Source of the DNA: an uncultured virus (IMG/VR IMGVR_UViG_3300030380_005539)
Taxonomy: Duplodnaviria; Heunggongvirae; Uroviricota; Caudoviricetes
Virus record (IMG/VR): IMGVR_UViG_3300030380_005539
Location: 1-64,000 of that record
Strand: one strand, 5' to 3'
Length of the DNA: 64,000 nt
Shown: one piece after another, positions 54,876-64,000 of the stretch
Layout: the number at the start of each line of letters is the position of its first letter
How positions within the stretch are numbered: the first letter of the stretch is position 1
The notes under the pieces: generated by a model
Databases searched by the model: none
Told to the model about the DNA's origin: nothing
The model's input: the letters and a program-made list of their open reading frames with translations, nothing else
Program-made: the position numbers and the translations under genes

Positions 54876-55893
54876 AAATCTAAATTTTCTACTTTTTCAT
54901 TATTTACTATCCAGTTATTATTTAAATAAGGTTTTTTGTTATAATAATAATCTAACCAATATTTAATCATTTCATCAATCATAGACTCAAACGTATATTT
55001 AGGATTCCACCCTAATTTGTTTTTAATCTTTGTTGAATCACCTTTTAAGTTTCTTAATTCTTCAGGTCTTTTATGTTTTTCATCTACTTTAACATAATCT
55101 TCATAATTTAAATTTAGTGATTTAAATGTGTACTCACATAAATCTCTTACCGAATGAGATACGCCTGTAGCACAAACATAATCCTCTGGTTTATCGTCTT
55201 GTAACATTAACCACATAGCCTCAACATAATCTTTCGCGTGTCCCCAATCTCTAGTTGCATCTAAATTACCTAAACGTAATTCTTTTTGTAACCCTAATTT
55301 GATTTTAACTGCCGCTTTAACCACTTTGTTGGTTACAAAATTAGTCCCTCTTCTAGGCGACTCATGGTTAAATAAAATACCATTCCATATTTTCATATTA
55401 TAAGAATTCCTATAGTTTCTACATATATTATAAGAAAATACTTTAGCACAACCATAAGGTGATACTGGGCTCAATGGTGTAGTTTNNNNNNNNNNTTACC
55501 AAACATTTCTGAAGAGGATGCTTGATACATCTTAGATTGTGGTGAAACCATTCGTATTGCTTCTAATAAGTTAAGTGTTCCTAAACCTGTTGCATTCGCA
55601 GTATATATTGGTTGATCGAAACTAATCCTAACATGTGACTGTGCAGCTAAATTATATATTTCATCTGGTTGTACTTTTTGTAAAACCCTCACTAAAGAAG
55701 CCATATCTGTTAAATCCGCATATTCTAAATTAATTTTATTTAATTCTCTTAAATGCTCTATTCTAGTAGATTGAGTTTCTGAAACAGAGTTTCTTTTAAC
55801 TGTACCCCAAACCTCATATTTTTTTTCTATTAAAAATTCAGCCAAATAAGAACCATCTTGTCCATTAATTCCTGTTATTAAAACTTTTTTCAT
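54872..55893 (-). CDS. gmd: GDP-mannose 4,6-dehydratase (one gene split by the N gap)
   Basis: LITGINGQDGSYLAE, NLAAQSHV, QASSSEMFG | TTPLSPVSPYGCAK, NHESPRRG, RDWGHAKDYV. Confidence 0.93.
55486..55495. other. assembly gap (10 N)
   Basis: Run of n inside gmd. Confidence 0.99.
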
Positions 55894-55904
55894 TTATTTT
55901 GTTT

Positions 55905-56765
55905 TTATAGATTTTCTTTTATAATATTTATTAATTGTGCAGCCCTTTTATAATATGTGTGGTTTTTCTTAACATGTTCATAACCTTTTTCTACCATCTT
56001 TTCCCTTTCTTTATCATTGTCTAAATAAAATTTTATTTTATCTATTAAGTCTTTTTCATTTTCGTAAACAACAATGTTTTCACCGATAGTGAATAGGTTT
56101 TCTAATCCTGCAGTACGATTAGTAATTAATAAAGTTTTACACCCTAAAGTCTCAAAGGTTCTGAAATTTATGTCCTCAGATAAATTTCTATTAAAATGTA
56201 TTTTATAGGAATTAATTGCTTTCACCATTTCATCACCAATGACAAATATATCTTTTTTCACCGGTATTTTATTTCTTTCAATTAAATTAATCCATTGTCT
56301 TCTATTTAACCAATTACCACAAAAACCTACATTATTTATTTTTTCCACATTGTCTATTGGATAAATTAAATCATCAGGATACGCATTAGGGAAATAAATA
56401 CATTTTTGAGTGAAGTATTTTTCATGTCCGTATACCGCATGTAAAACAATATCAATATTATGTTTATTACAGGTATTAATATGTTTTTGGTGTATGCAGT
56501 GAGAATCTATTGACCAAAATATTTTTAGTCCTGTGAAATTACTTAAATCAGGCACCCAGTTATTTTCTTCATAATTCTCCAACAATAGAATCACATCACA
56601 ATCTTTAGAAATTTCATTAAATGGTATTATAAAATTATCATAATTGAGCCCCCACACTATAGACTCAACGTTATATTTCTGTAAGGATCTATTTAAGTTT
56701 AGGGCTTCCCGATATTCTAAATTACCACTGTTTCTACCTTTTTCCTGAATAATTAATATTTTCAT
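55905..56765 (-). CDS. glycosyltransferase, CgeB-like GT-B
   Basis: NFRTFETLGC...LFTIGE.IVVY...IKFYL...GYEHVKKNHTY..RA. Confidence 0.8.
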   Translation of the reverse strand: MKILIIQEKGRNSGNLEYREALNLNRSLQKYNVESIVWGLNYDNFIIPFNEISKDCDVILLLENYEENNWVPDLSNFTGLKIFWSIDSHCIHQKHINTCNKHNIDIVLHAVYGHEKYFTQKCIYFPNAYPDDLIYPIDNVEKINNVGFCGNWLNRRQWINLIERNKIPVKKDIFVIGDEMVKAINSYKIHFNRNLSEDINFRTFETLGCKTLLITNRTAGLENLFTIGENIVVYENEKDLIDKIKFYLDNDKEREKMVEKGYEHVKKNHTYYKRAAQLINIIKENL

Positions 56766-56774
56766 AAGATAATT

Positions 56775-57620
56775 TTATTTCTCTTGAGATTTTTTTATAC
56801 CCAATTCTACTAATTCTTTATCAATCCCTAAATAATCATAAAGAGGTTGTAATTGTTGTCTATGTTGTGATAGAGGTCGTAAACAATGAGCATCTAAATA
56901 AAATCCTTTTTTTAGTTGTTCCACATCATATCTCCAGTTAGCTCTATCAATACGTCTAACTGCCATTCCATTACTCCAACCTCCAGGACGTTTTAATTTG
57001 ACTATATTTTTAAGTTTTGGATCCCACCTGTATACTAATACTCTACATAAAGATTCTTCAGAAAATTGACTATAAGGATAATTAATACCTTCTTTATAAA
57101 TTCCGTTTTCTTTATACACTTTTAAATTGTAAAAACTTTTAATTAACTCATCTTCTGATAAATTATTAGGATTATTTATTTCTTTCCATATTTTACCTGT
57201 TGCAATCATATAACAACCAGGAAATTTATAATAAGGAAATGTACCCCAATATGGAGTATTTTTATAAGCTTCATACGAAGATAGTACTAGTTTATCGTCA
57301 TCATAATTGAATAAACTATCAAAATATTCTTTATTCAATGGTAACATATCCATATCACCTACCATCCCTTTATCATTTTTATATTTATAATAACTAAAAT
57401 ATCTAGCTACTTTAGCCCAATTACCGGCTGGTATTTCCGGTCTCAGATTAAATTTACTCACTTCACCAAACTCTTCCATCCATTTCCACGACTCATAATT
57501 TCTGTTAGTTATTAAAGTTAACATAGGTTCATACCCCATATTCCTCCATGCGGTAGCAGCAATCGGCCAAAATTGGATATATAAAGGATTATCATCGGTG
57601 CTTAAAAATACTCTTTTCAT
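56775..57620 (-). CDS. putative GT-A-fold glycosyltransferase
   Basis: YIQFWP...W...VAR...GDMDMLPL (DxD)...DAH..RP; located in the GT cluster. Confidence 0.5.
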   Translation of the reverse strand: MKRVFLSTDDNPLYIQFWPIAATAWRNMGYEPMLTLITNRNYESWKWMEEFGEVSKFNLRPEIPAGNWAKVARYFSYYKYKNDKGMVGDMDMLPLNKEYFDSLFNYDDDKLVLSSYEAYKNTPYWGTFPYYKFPGCYMIATGKIWKEINNPNNLSEDELIKSFYNLKVYKENGIYKEGINYPYSQFSEESLCRVLVYRWDPKLKNIVKLKRPGGWSNGMAVRRIDRANWRYDVEQLKKGFYLDAHCLRPLSQHRQQLQPLYDYLGIDKELVELGIKKSQEK

Positions 57621-57643
57621 TATATTTGTTTTTTTATTTATTG

Positions 57644-58342
57644 TTATTTAGATATATTTCTCATAATATTATCATAAGGGATTAATTTATAGTGTTCTTT
57701 ATTTCTATTATCATATTCATCATATATTTCCCCAACAAATCCTCTATCTATTCTTCCAGCAGGAAACTTCTTTATGTTACCACCAAATCTACCCCAATCG
57801 TCATGTATCAATGATTTATCTTTTACTAATGGATATATAATTTGGTCTAAGAAATCTTGATCCACACCTTTACGATCAAATTTAGTCCACTGTTTTATTT
57901 TATTTGTTATATTAACTTCTCTTAAAATACCATTTCTTGCACCCCACATTCCACCTAATATTGGGACATTATGGTGCGGATGATCTCGCATTATGTGAAA
58001 ATCTTTATCTGATTCTAACCATTCATTTATAGCTTTTATCTCTCTTTCACTAATTCTGCTATCACAATCTCTACTTAATATAACATCAACTTCTGGATCA
58101 TCTGCCGCCCAAAATCTCCAAAACATCCCATAAAAAGATTCTTTATTTGAATCTACTAATATCTTTTCTACTAAATCATTTTCTGGTATAGAGTCTATTA
58201 GAGACTGATTACTATTTTTATCAATGTAGAATCGACATATAAAGTCTGGTAGGTATTTTTCTATTATTTCAATATTTCTTAATGCCCCAATCCAATACAT
58301 TGGATGGTTACCCCATAAACTATATGATACAATTTTTTTCAT
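57644..58342 (-). CDS. putative glycosyltransferase-like protein
   Basis: SYSLWG...MFWRF...SRDCDSR (DxD)...FHIMRDHP.H..PILGGMWG...DQDFL. Confidence 0.55.
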   Translation of the reverse strand: MKKIVSYSLWGNHPMYWIGALRNIEIIEKYLPDFICRFYIDKNSNQSLIDSIPENDLVEKILVDSNKESFYGMFWRFWAADDPEVDVILSRDCDSRISEREIKAINEWLESDKDFHIMRDHPHHNVPILGGMWGARNGILREVNITNKIKQWTKFDRKGVDQDFLDQIIYPLVKDKSLIHDDWGRFGGNIKKFPAGRIDRGFVGEIYDEYDNRNKEHYKLIPYDNIMRNISK

Positions 58343-58346
58343 TTTT

Positions 58347-59126
58347 TTATTTATAACTAGATGTATTATAATAATAAAGAGGGTAGGATATAAGTAAACC
58401 TTTATTATATTTATGTACCATTCTCATAAAAAACTCATAGTCTTGACCTCTTCCTATTGGGTTATTTATACTAAATAAAAAATCTCTACTATTCCATTTT
58501 ATTTCATCCATAACATCTCTTTTTATAGCGCAAGCTCCCATCGCCATTGAATGGTTAAAGACGGCAAATGAATAACCAATCTGTTTTTGAATTTGTGATC
58601 CTGTTTTTATATTACCATCAGGAAAATATTTCTTATATATTTGATCGGTAGTGTAAATATTAATATCATCTAAATTAAATGTATGATGTAAGTTTTTAAG
58701 TTTATGTGAACTACCCCAAGATTCTTTTTTTGCGTCCCAATTTTTACCATGTGTTAAATTACCATTACATTTATGGTAAGAATGATGTAAATGTTTTATA
58801 TCGTAATTTTTAAAAAAATACTTAACTAATTCGATTCTATGAAAATGTGGAAAATCATCAGAACCATGATATAAAATTATATCTGAATTTGTTTTATTAG
58901 AGTCTATTAAATTTTCTGCAGTTAATTTGTTTTCTTTATTCCTAATTATTTTAACACTTTCTTTTTTTTCTAAATCATCGAAAAAAATTTTATTTACGTC
59001 TTTGTATCCTGAAACACTAATAATAATATTATCGGCTTTTTCCGTTGATTTTAAATACATATCAACAATTTTATTTAAATAAGTGAAATGTGGTGGATAT
59101 GTAGGTATATAAACGTCTAATTTCAT
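58347..59126 (-). CDS. glycosyltransferase, GT-A-like
   Basis: VYIPTY...ILYHGSDD...GQDYEF...PLYYY. Confidence 0.6.
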   Translation of the reverse strand: MKLDVYIPTYPPHFTYLNKIVDMYLKSTEKADNIIISVSGYKDVNKIFFDDLEKKESVKIIRNKENKLTAENLIDSNKTNSDIILYHGSDDFPHFHRIELVKYFFKNYDIKHLHHSYHKCNGNLTHGKNWDAKKESWGSSHKLKNLHHTFNLDDINIYTTDQIYKKYFPDGNIKTGSQIQKQIGYSFAVFNHSMAMGACAIKRDVMDEIKWNSRDFLFSINNPIGRGQDYEFFMRMVHKYNKGLLISYPLYYYNTSSYK

Positions 59127-59782
59127 AAGTTAAAATTTTGTCTTTTTCTTAAATTATAAAGCTCTCTATCATGTTTTTCATTTTTCATATTAGTTTGATG
59201 GATTTCATCTCTATTCCCATGCCCCCAATCAGGATGTTCATGTTTAATTATTACATCACTAAAATAAGTTTGTTTTTTCAAAATATTAGCAACGTCCATA
59301 AATTCATTATCACACCATACCGAAATATATTTAGGATAATATATATAATTAAATCTATTGTAATATTTTTTACCTAAAATACAAAGAGTATTTAATTTTT
59401 CTTTTTGATAACCATCATTAAACCACAATACCCCATCAGTATCTGGATAATATTTATTCATTTTGTTTTTAATGATTTTATCATAACCTTTTTCTACCGG
59501 TATCATATCGTCTGACGCTAATAATATAATATCAAAAACTTCACCTTCAATATTAGCATTTATTGCTTCTATTTTACTTTTATTGTCACCCCAAAAAACT
59601 TTAACATTTTTATAACCACTTAATACTTCTTTTACATGAGTTTGATTCATATCTTTATCATCATTATCGCAACTAACAATAATTTTAGTAGACTTATCTT
59701 CTAATAAATCATTATATTTTTTTAAAACTTTTAAAAATTTATTTGATCTACCTCTTGTTGGAAACTTTATCAGTAATTTCAT
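59123..59782 (-). CDS. glycosyltransferase, GT2-like
   Basis: IKFPTRGR...SKIEAIN...LASDDM...WCDNEF...IKHEH. Confidence 0.7.
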   Translation of the reverse strand: MKLLIKFPTRGRSNKFLKVLKKYNDLLEDKSTKIIVSCDNDDKDMNQTHVKEVLSGYKNVKVFWGDNKSKIEAINANIEGEVFDIILLASDDMIPVEKGYDKIIKNKMNKYYPDTDGVLWFNDGYQKEKLNTLCILGKKYYNRFNYIYYPKYISVWCDNEFMDVANILKKQTYFSDVIIKHEHPDWGHGNRDEIHQTNMKNEKHDRELYNLRKRQNFNL

Positions 59783-61422
59783 ATCAAACTTTCATATTCT
59801 TTTTTTATTTGATTAGTTATATTAGAAGATTTATATTTTTCAATATCTGTAGGTATACTATGTAATTTTTTATCTATTATCGTACCTTCTTCGTCAATAT
59901 TGTATATCCAACCTGATTTACCACATAACCACCCTTCAATAGTGGTTCTACCCATCAATATACTTGCAGTTTGTTCACATTCTCTAACATATTTTTCCAC
60001 ACCCCATAAAGATTCATGATATTTCACGTGTTTATTTTTAATTAAATCTTCTAAATAATCTGACTTATTTTTACCGACTAACCATAATTCTTTTTCATTA
60101 TCTTCACAATATTTTACTAAATCGTATATTGTATTTTTTCTAAGATAATCTATAGAACCTACAAATAAAATTGATGGTTTAGTTTTAATATTATCATAGA
60201 TTTTAAATCTAGTATCATCTATAGGATTATAAATTACCTTTATTTTTTCGTCATCAATACCCCAATCAGTCTTTATAAAATCTTTTATACTTTCTCTTAT
60301 AGCTATATACTTCCCTACTTTTTCATTTAATACCGGTTCTTCTAATTCCGGAATCACTTCTGAATGTATTGTGTTTATGAATGTTAAGTTAGGGTATAAC
60401 TTTATTAAGTGATTACCAATAGGTTTATGGTTTATATGCACAATGTCATATTTTACATCACTTAATTTATATAATTTATTTTTTTCAGATATTGTAGGCC
60501 CATTACTCGTTTTTAAAATCCATTTACCATCACCTAATTTATATCCTGGCGGTTCTTGTATAGGATAACAATTTACCCCATATTTTTTAATTCTTTGCAC
60601 CATTTTAGGTCCAATATTAGAAACGATATCTACTTCACAATTCTCTTTTACTAACTGTTTGGCTAATTCATATACATATAGTTCTGATCCAGTGTAATCA
60701 TTAAAAAATAGACAACCTATTAAAACTTTCATTTTATTATTTTTACTAAATATTTTTTTTACCTTTGCAGGTAAATTATCCTTAAATTTTTCACTAAAAA
60801 TAATTCTATTTTCTTCCCATTCTTTATTAGTTGCACCAATAGATAAGTGGGTGACATCTATATCTGATATTACACCTATTTTTACCCCCTTTAAATAATT
60901 TCTGAAACAAAAATCTATTTCATAAAAATGAAATCCTTTAACATTTTCATCAAACTCACATTTTATTTTTTCTTTATTTACACTAAAAAATAAACCATCA
61001 ACAATTATTACATTATCAATATAACCATTATTTTTATTTGAATACTTAGAAAGCCATTTTTTTCCTTCATGTTGGTGGTAAACTTGACCGTACATATGGT
61101 TAGAGTTTTCCCACCATTTTCCAGAAACAGGCATTTCTCTACTACCAGCAATACCTATAATACCATATTCTGTATTTTTTTCATATAACTTTAATAGTTT
61201 TTTACCCCAATTCTTAGTTTCAAAAATAATATCATCATGACAAAAAACCACAATATTATTTGTAGTTTCTTTAAGTGCTTTATTATATATTTCAGTTAAA
61301 GAGTATTTACCATTATTAATATATTGAATTACTTCTATTCCTTTATGTATTCCAGAAGTTTTTCTTATATGTTCTATGTGACTATCTTTATTTTCTTTAG
61401 TTGAGTAAATTACGCTAATCAT
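59779..61422 (-). CDS. two-domain glycosyltransferase (GT-A + GT-B)
   Basis: N-terminal VFCHDD...DGLF...FHFYEID; C-terminal TGSELYVYELA...VIYNPID...GRTTIEGWLCG. Confidence 0.8.
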   Translation of the reverse strand: MISVIYSTKENKDSHIEHIRKTSGIHKGIEVIQYINNGKYSLTEIYNKALKETTNNIVVFCHDDIIFETKNWGKKLLKLYEKNTEYGIIGIAGSREMPVSGKWWENSNHMYGQVYHQHEGKKWLSKYSNKNNGYIDNVIIVDGLFFSVNKEKIKCEFDENVKGFHFYEIDFCFRNYLKGVKIGVISDIDVTHLSIGATNKEWEENRIIFSEKFKDNLPAKVKKIFSKNNKMKVLIGCLFFNDYTGSELYVYELAKQLVKENCEVDIVSNIGPKMVQRIKKYGVNCYPIQEPPGYKLGDGKWILKTSNGPTISEKNKLYKLSDVKYDIVHINHKPIGNHLIKLYPNLTFINTIHSEVIPELEEPVLNEKVGKYIAIRESIKDFIKTDWGIDDEKIKVIYNPIDDTRFKIYDNIKTKPSILFVGSIDYLRKNTIYDLVKYCEDNEKELWLVGKNKSDYLEDLIKNKHVKYHESLWGVEKYVRECEQTASILMGRTTIEGWLCGKSGWIYNIDEEGTIIDKKLHSIPTDIEKYKSSNITNQIKKEYESLI

Positions 61423-61570
61423 CTTCGATTTTTTTTAGTTCTTCTTCTAATTTTAGTAATTTTTTTTCGTAATCTTTAGACATCATATGTCCATTACGAT
61501 CACCCATAATAATTTCTAACTTAACTCTCCTTATCTCTCTTAATAAATCAGATTTATTTTTTTTATTCAT
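61415..61570 (-). CDS. small hypothetical protein, 51 aa (MNKKNKSDLLREIRRVKLE...)
   Basis: Read manually; fills the gap between dUTPase and the GT gene. Confidence 0.55.
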   Translation of the reverse strand: MNKKNKSDLLREIRRVKLEIIMGDRNGHMMSKDYEKKLLKLEEELKKIEDD

Positions 61571-61575
61571 TTATT

Positions 61576-62247
61576 TTATTTTTTGCCGGTAGAACCAAAT
61601 CCATCGCCTCCCCTTTTGGTTTCACTCAAATTATTACTATTAACTAAATCTGAAATGTTTTGTCCAATTACGTTCATAATAACTCCCTGAGCAATTCTAT
61701 CACCATCATTAACAGTATATTTTTCATTACTTAAATTAACTAATATCACACCAACATCACCTCTATATCCTTCATCTACTGTACCAGGCGTATTTAATAC
61801 TGTAATACCATGTTTAAGTGCCATTCCACTTCTAGGTCTGATTTGTAATTCAGTATTAGGTGATAATTCAAAACTTAAACCGGTACTAATTAATTTTCTT
61901 TCTAAAGGTTTTAAAATGACAGGATCTTTCAAAGACGCTCTTATATCAAAACCGCTATCACCTACATGTGCATAAATAGGATCAGCATTATTACTTCTAT
62001 TATTAAATTTAGTAACATTTTTCATTACACCAAATAATGGTGGATTTGTTACATTAAATGTTCCACCATTTAAATTTTTATAATGATCTACTACTTGATT
62101 AAGTTCATTTAAATCATTTTGAATTTCATCTGTAGATCTTTGAATACCACTATAATCATTTACAACACTACTTATATTTTCTAAAATCTGAGTTAGTTCC
62201 TCAATACTTTTATCTTCTAAATCCTCATTCAATATGTCTTCACTCAT
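61576..62247 (-). CDS. dut: trimeric dUTPase with N-terminal extension
   Basis: SGFDIRA, RPRSGMA, GTVDEGYRG, DRIAQ, RGGDGFGSTG. Confidence 0.93.
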   Translation of the reverse strand: MSEDILNEDLEDKSIEELTQILENISSVVNDYSGIQRSTDEIQNDLNELNQVVDHYKNLNGGTFNVTNPPLFGVMKNVTKFNNRSNNADPIYAHVGDSGFDIRASLKDPVILKPLERKLISTGLSFELSPNTELQIRPRSGMALKHGITVLNTPGTVDEGYRGDVGVILVNLSNEKYTVNDGDRIAQGVIMNVIGQNISDLVNSNNLSETKRGGDGFGSTGKK

Positions 62248-62821
62248 TATTGTTATTTTTTTCTTCTATTATTGCCAATTCATTAGCTTGTTTTAAAATA
62301 GTAGATAGTGTACTACCATACCACTTAGATTGTTTGTCATCTTCAGGTTTATCATAATTTACTATTGCCTGATATTCTTCTTCACTTAACTTAATACCAT
62401 ATTTCATAGCATAATAAACTGATCTTTCACCTATTTTCATCGAAATTAATTCTTCGTTGAATTCGTACATTTTTCCTTGATTATTCCTATGCCACTCTGA
62501 TTCACACCATTTATAAAGAAATGTTTTACCTATTTGGTGTAGAAAACATACTTTTACTATGGATTGTGCGTCCACAGATATACTATCAGGTAATAGTTTA
62601 TTGATACCTATTGCATATTTAGTAGTTTTAAGTACATGATCAATTAAACCGCCAGGAAATGCATTATGTAAAGATGTCATAGTTGATGCGGGTGCCGTTA
62701 ATAAATCTTCACCCAAATAATCTAATAACTCTTTATTTAAGATTCCATACAATTCATTTTTTTCTAAAAATGTTTGTTTGTTTTTTAATATTTTATCTTT
62801 TAATTCTATTGTTTTTGACAT
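62240..62821 (-). CDS. HD-domain (YhaM-like) protein with HD changed to HQ
   Basis: APAS...LHNAFPGGLIDH...FLHQIGK. Confidence 0.65.
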   Translation of the reverse strand: MSKTIELKDKILKNKQTFLEKNELYGILNKELLDYLGEDLLTAPASTMTSLHNAFPGGLIDHVLKTTKYAIGINKLLPDSISVDAQSIVKVCFLHQIGKTFLYKWCESEWHRNNQGKMYEFNEELISMKIGERSVYYAMKYGIKLSEEEYQAIVNYDKPEDDKQSKWYGSTLSTILKQANELAIIEEKNNNNE

Positions 62822-62850
62822 AATTTTAATTTTTATTAAAAATAATGAAT

Positions 62851-64000
62851 TTATTTTACAACGTCAAATTCTTTTAATTCTTTTTTACCAACCAAAGATT
62901 TATATAGTAAAGCTCTTTTTTCACAAACAGATTTCATATCATATTTACCGTTTACTGTATTATAAAGATTATCCCCTAACTTTTTAATTTCGTTAGGATT
63001 CTCAATAAGATATTTTATATGTTTAAACCAAAATTTATGATTTTTATTTNNNNNNNNNNTTTTCAGGTATTAAAATACCGTTACAATCATTAGTGTTAAA
63101 ATTACCTCCTTTTTCATAAGCATTATTTATATCTATTTGATATGGTCCGAAATCCTGACCAATTAATGCTTTTCGATGAAATCCTGCCTCAATTACTTTT
63201 AATTGAGACTTTACTCTATTAAATTCACTCTCTTTTAATGGTGCTAAAGACACATCAAATAAATTGTAGTTGGATGCATATGTTGTTATAGGTTTAGTCC
63301 ATATTCTTCTATAAGGTTCATTACTAACATTTTCATACTCACCCTTCTCAAACTTTAATAAAAAGTCTTTATATTCAGGACTAATAATTTTGTAATTATC
63401 AGTAAATATTTTTTCATATTTATACCATACACTTTCTTTTGGTTTAATAGGTCTTTGTTTTTGTTTTCCTGTTTGTTTATCTATTACAGTCATAGTACCT
63501 CTTAAATCATATCCACATAATACAAATTGGACTTTATCTATTAATCCTGCAGATTTTATATTACTTACTACACCATTTAAAATCTCTAAATCTTTTAAGT
63601 GTGAAGATCCACCTAACCAACCAATTCTAACTCTATCACTTTTTTCGCTATTACTTTGGTATTGTTTTTCATTAGGGTTAATTGCATTAGGTAAAACAAA
63701 TACATTTTCATTAAATTTACTTATTTCTTTTGCAAATATAGGTGTGGTAGTAGTTATATTTCTAGAAACTTTTAAATTATCAGCAATTTTTTTATTTAAG
63801 TTTTGTTGTTTTATAATCGCCCATGCGGGGTGATCGGGACCTGGTGACCAATGATCATCAATATCCATAATAGTTGTAATCCCTAATTCGTCACATCTTT
63901 TTAAAACTGATTCTATTTCTTCATACGAACCTAAAGTTCTATGATAGTGAATTAAATCGTATTGTTTTAAAAATTCATCATTTTTTAAATCTGGTGTATA
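62851..64000 (-). CDS. glycosyltransferase, GT-B/GT4-like (5' end outside the window; split by the N gap)
   Basis: DIDD, RIGWLGGSSHLKDL, SLAPL...FNRVKSQLKVIEAG; after the gap reads KNHKFWFKHIKYL...DVVK* with stop at 62851. Confidence 0.8.
63050..63059. other. assembly gap (10 N)
   Basis: Run of n. Confidence 0.99.

Noticed and set aside
54872..55893. gmd as a frameshifted pseudogene (likewise the PolA-like gene and the last GT)
   Set aside because: Each break coincides with a 10-N scaffold gap of arbitrary length, and the motifs continue on both sides.
1882..59377. Many 60-160 aa antisense or alternate-frame ORFs in the track (e.g. 2750..3067, 15912..16403, 25519..25863, 36602..37042, 40990..41199)
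   Set aside because: They lie within longer well-supported genes and have the Ser/Phe/Leu-rich composition expected of the reverse strand of Glu/Lys-rich AT-rich genes.
1..64000. Stop-codon reassignment, as seen in some large phages
   Set aside because: Known genes (terL, portal, capsid, clpC, fcl, dut) are full length in the standard code, coding density is high, and TAA, TAG and TGA all end genes.
1..64000. tRNA, rRNA or large structured ncRNA genes
   Set aside because: Intergenic gaps are short and AT-rich; no cloverleaf or T-loop signature found by eye. A tRNAscan/Infernal run would be needed to exclude them formally.

Overview
Very AT-rich 64-kb segment of a large, T4-like (myovirus-type) phage genome. 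The host is very probably a member of Bacteroidota: TTTG-N20-TAnnTTTG promoters recur and Shine-Dalgarno motifs are absent. The centre holds a T4-type head module: large terminase, portal, prohead protease, scaffold and major capsid protein (34.3-43.6 kb). To the right, on the minus strand, lie baseplate/spike-like genes, a gp55-like late sigma factor, a cluster of 9 glycosyltransferase-like genes with gmd and fcl (GDP-L-fucose synthesis), a dUTPase and two degenerate hydrolases. To the left lie a small family-A polymerase-like gene, ClpC, Hsp20, a DNA methyltransferase, a KTSC protein, a nucleotidyltransferase and many unknown genes. The most striking pattern is about 20 otherwise unrelated genes sharing short N-terminal leaders (K-I/V-x-LTE-x-x-L-x-x-I-V-K-x-x-L-x-E; MKxLIRKILKEE; MKxLxEExxRMxxLM). 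These leaders end in T4-gp21-type [L/I/M/V]-x-E sites, and the genes sit behind the same TATTTAT motif as the capsid genes. I infer a modular capsid-targeting and protease-release system for head cargo, including polyproteins, a lysozyme-like enzyme, a zincin, an LRR protein and OmpA-like proteins. Three 10-N assembly gaps split three genes. No tRNA, rRNA or CRISPR array was seen. All family assignments come from motif recognition by eye, not database searches.
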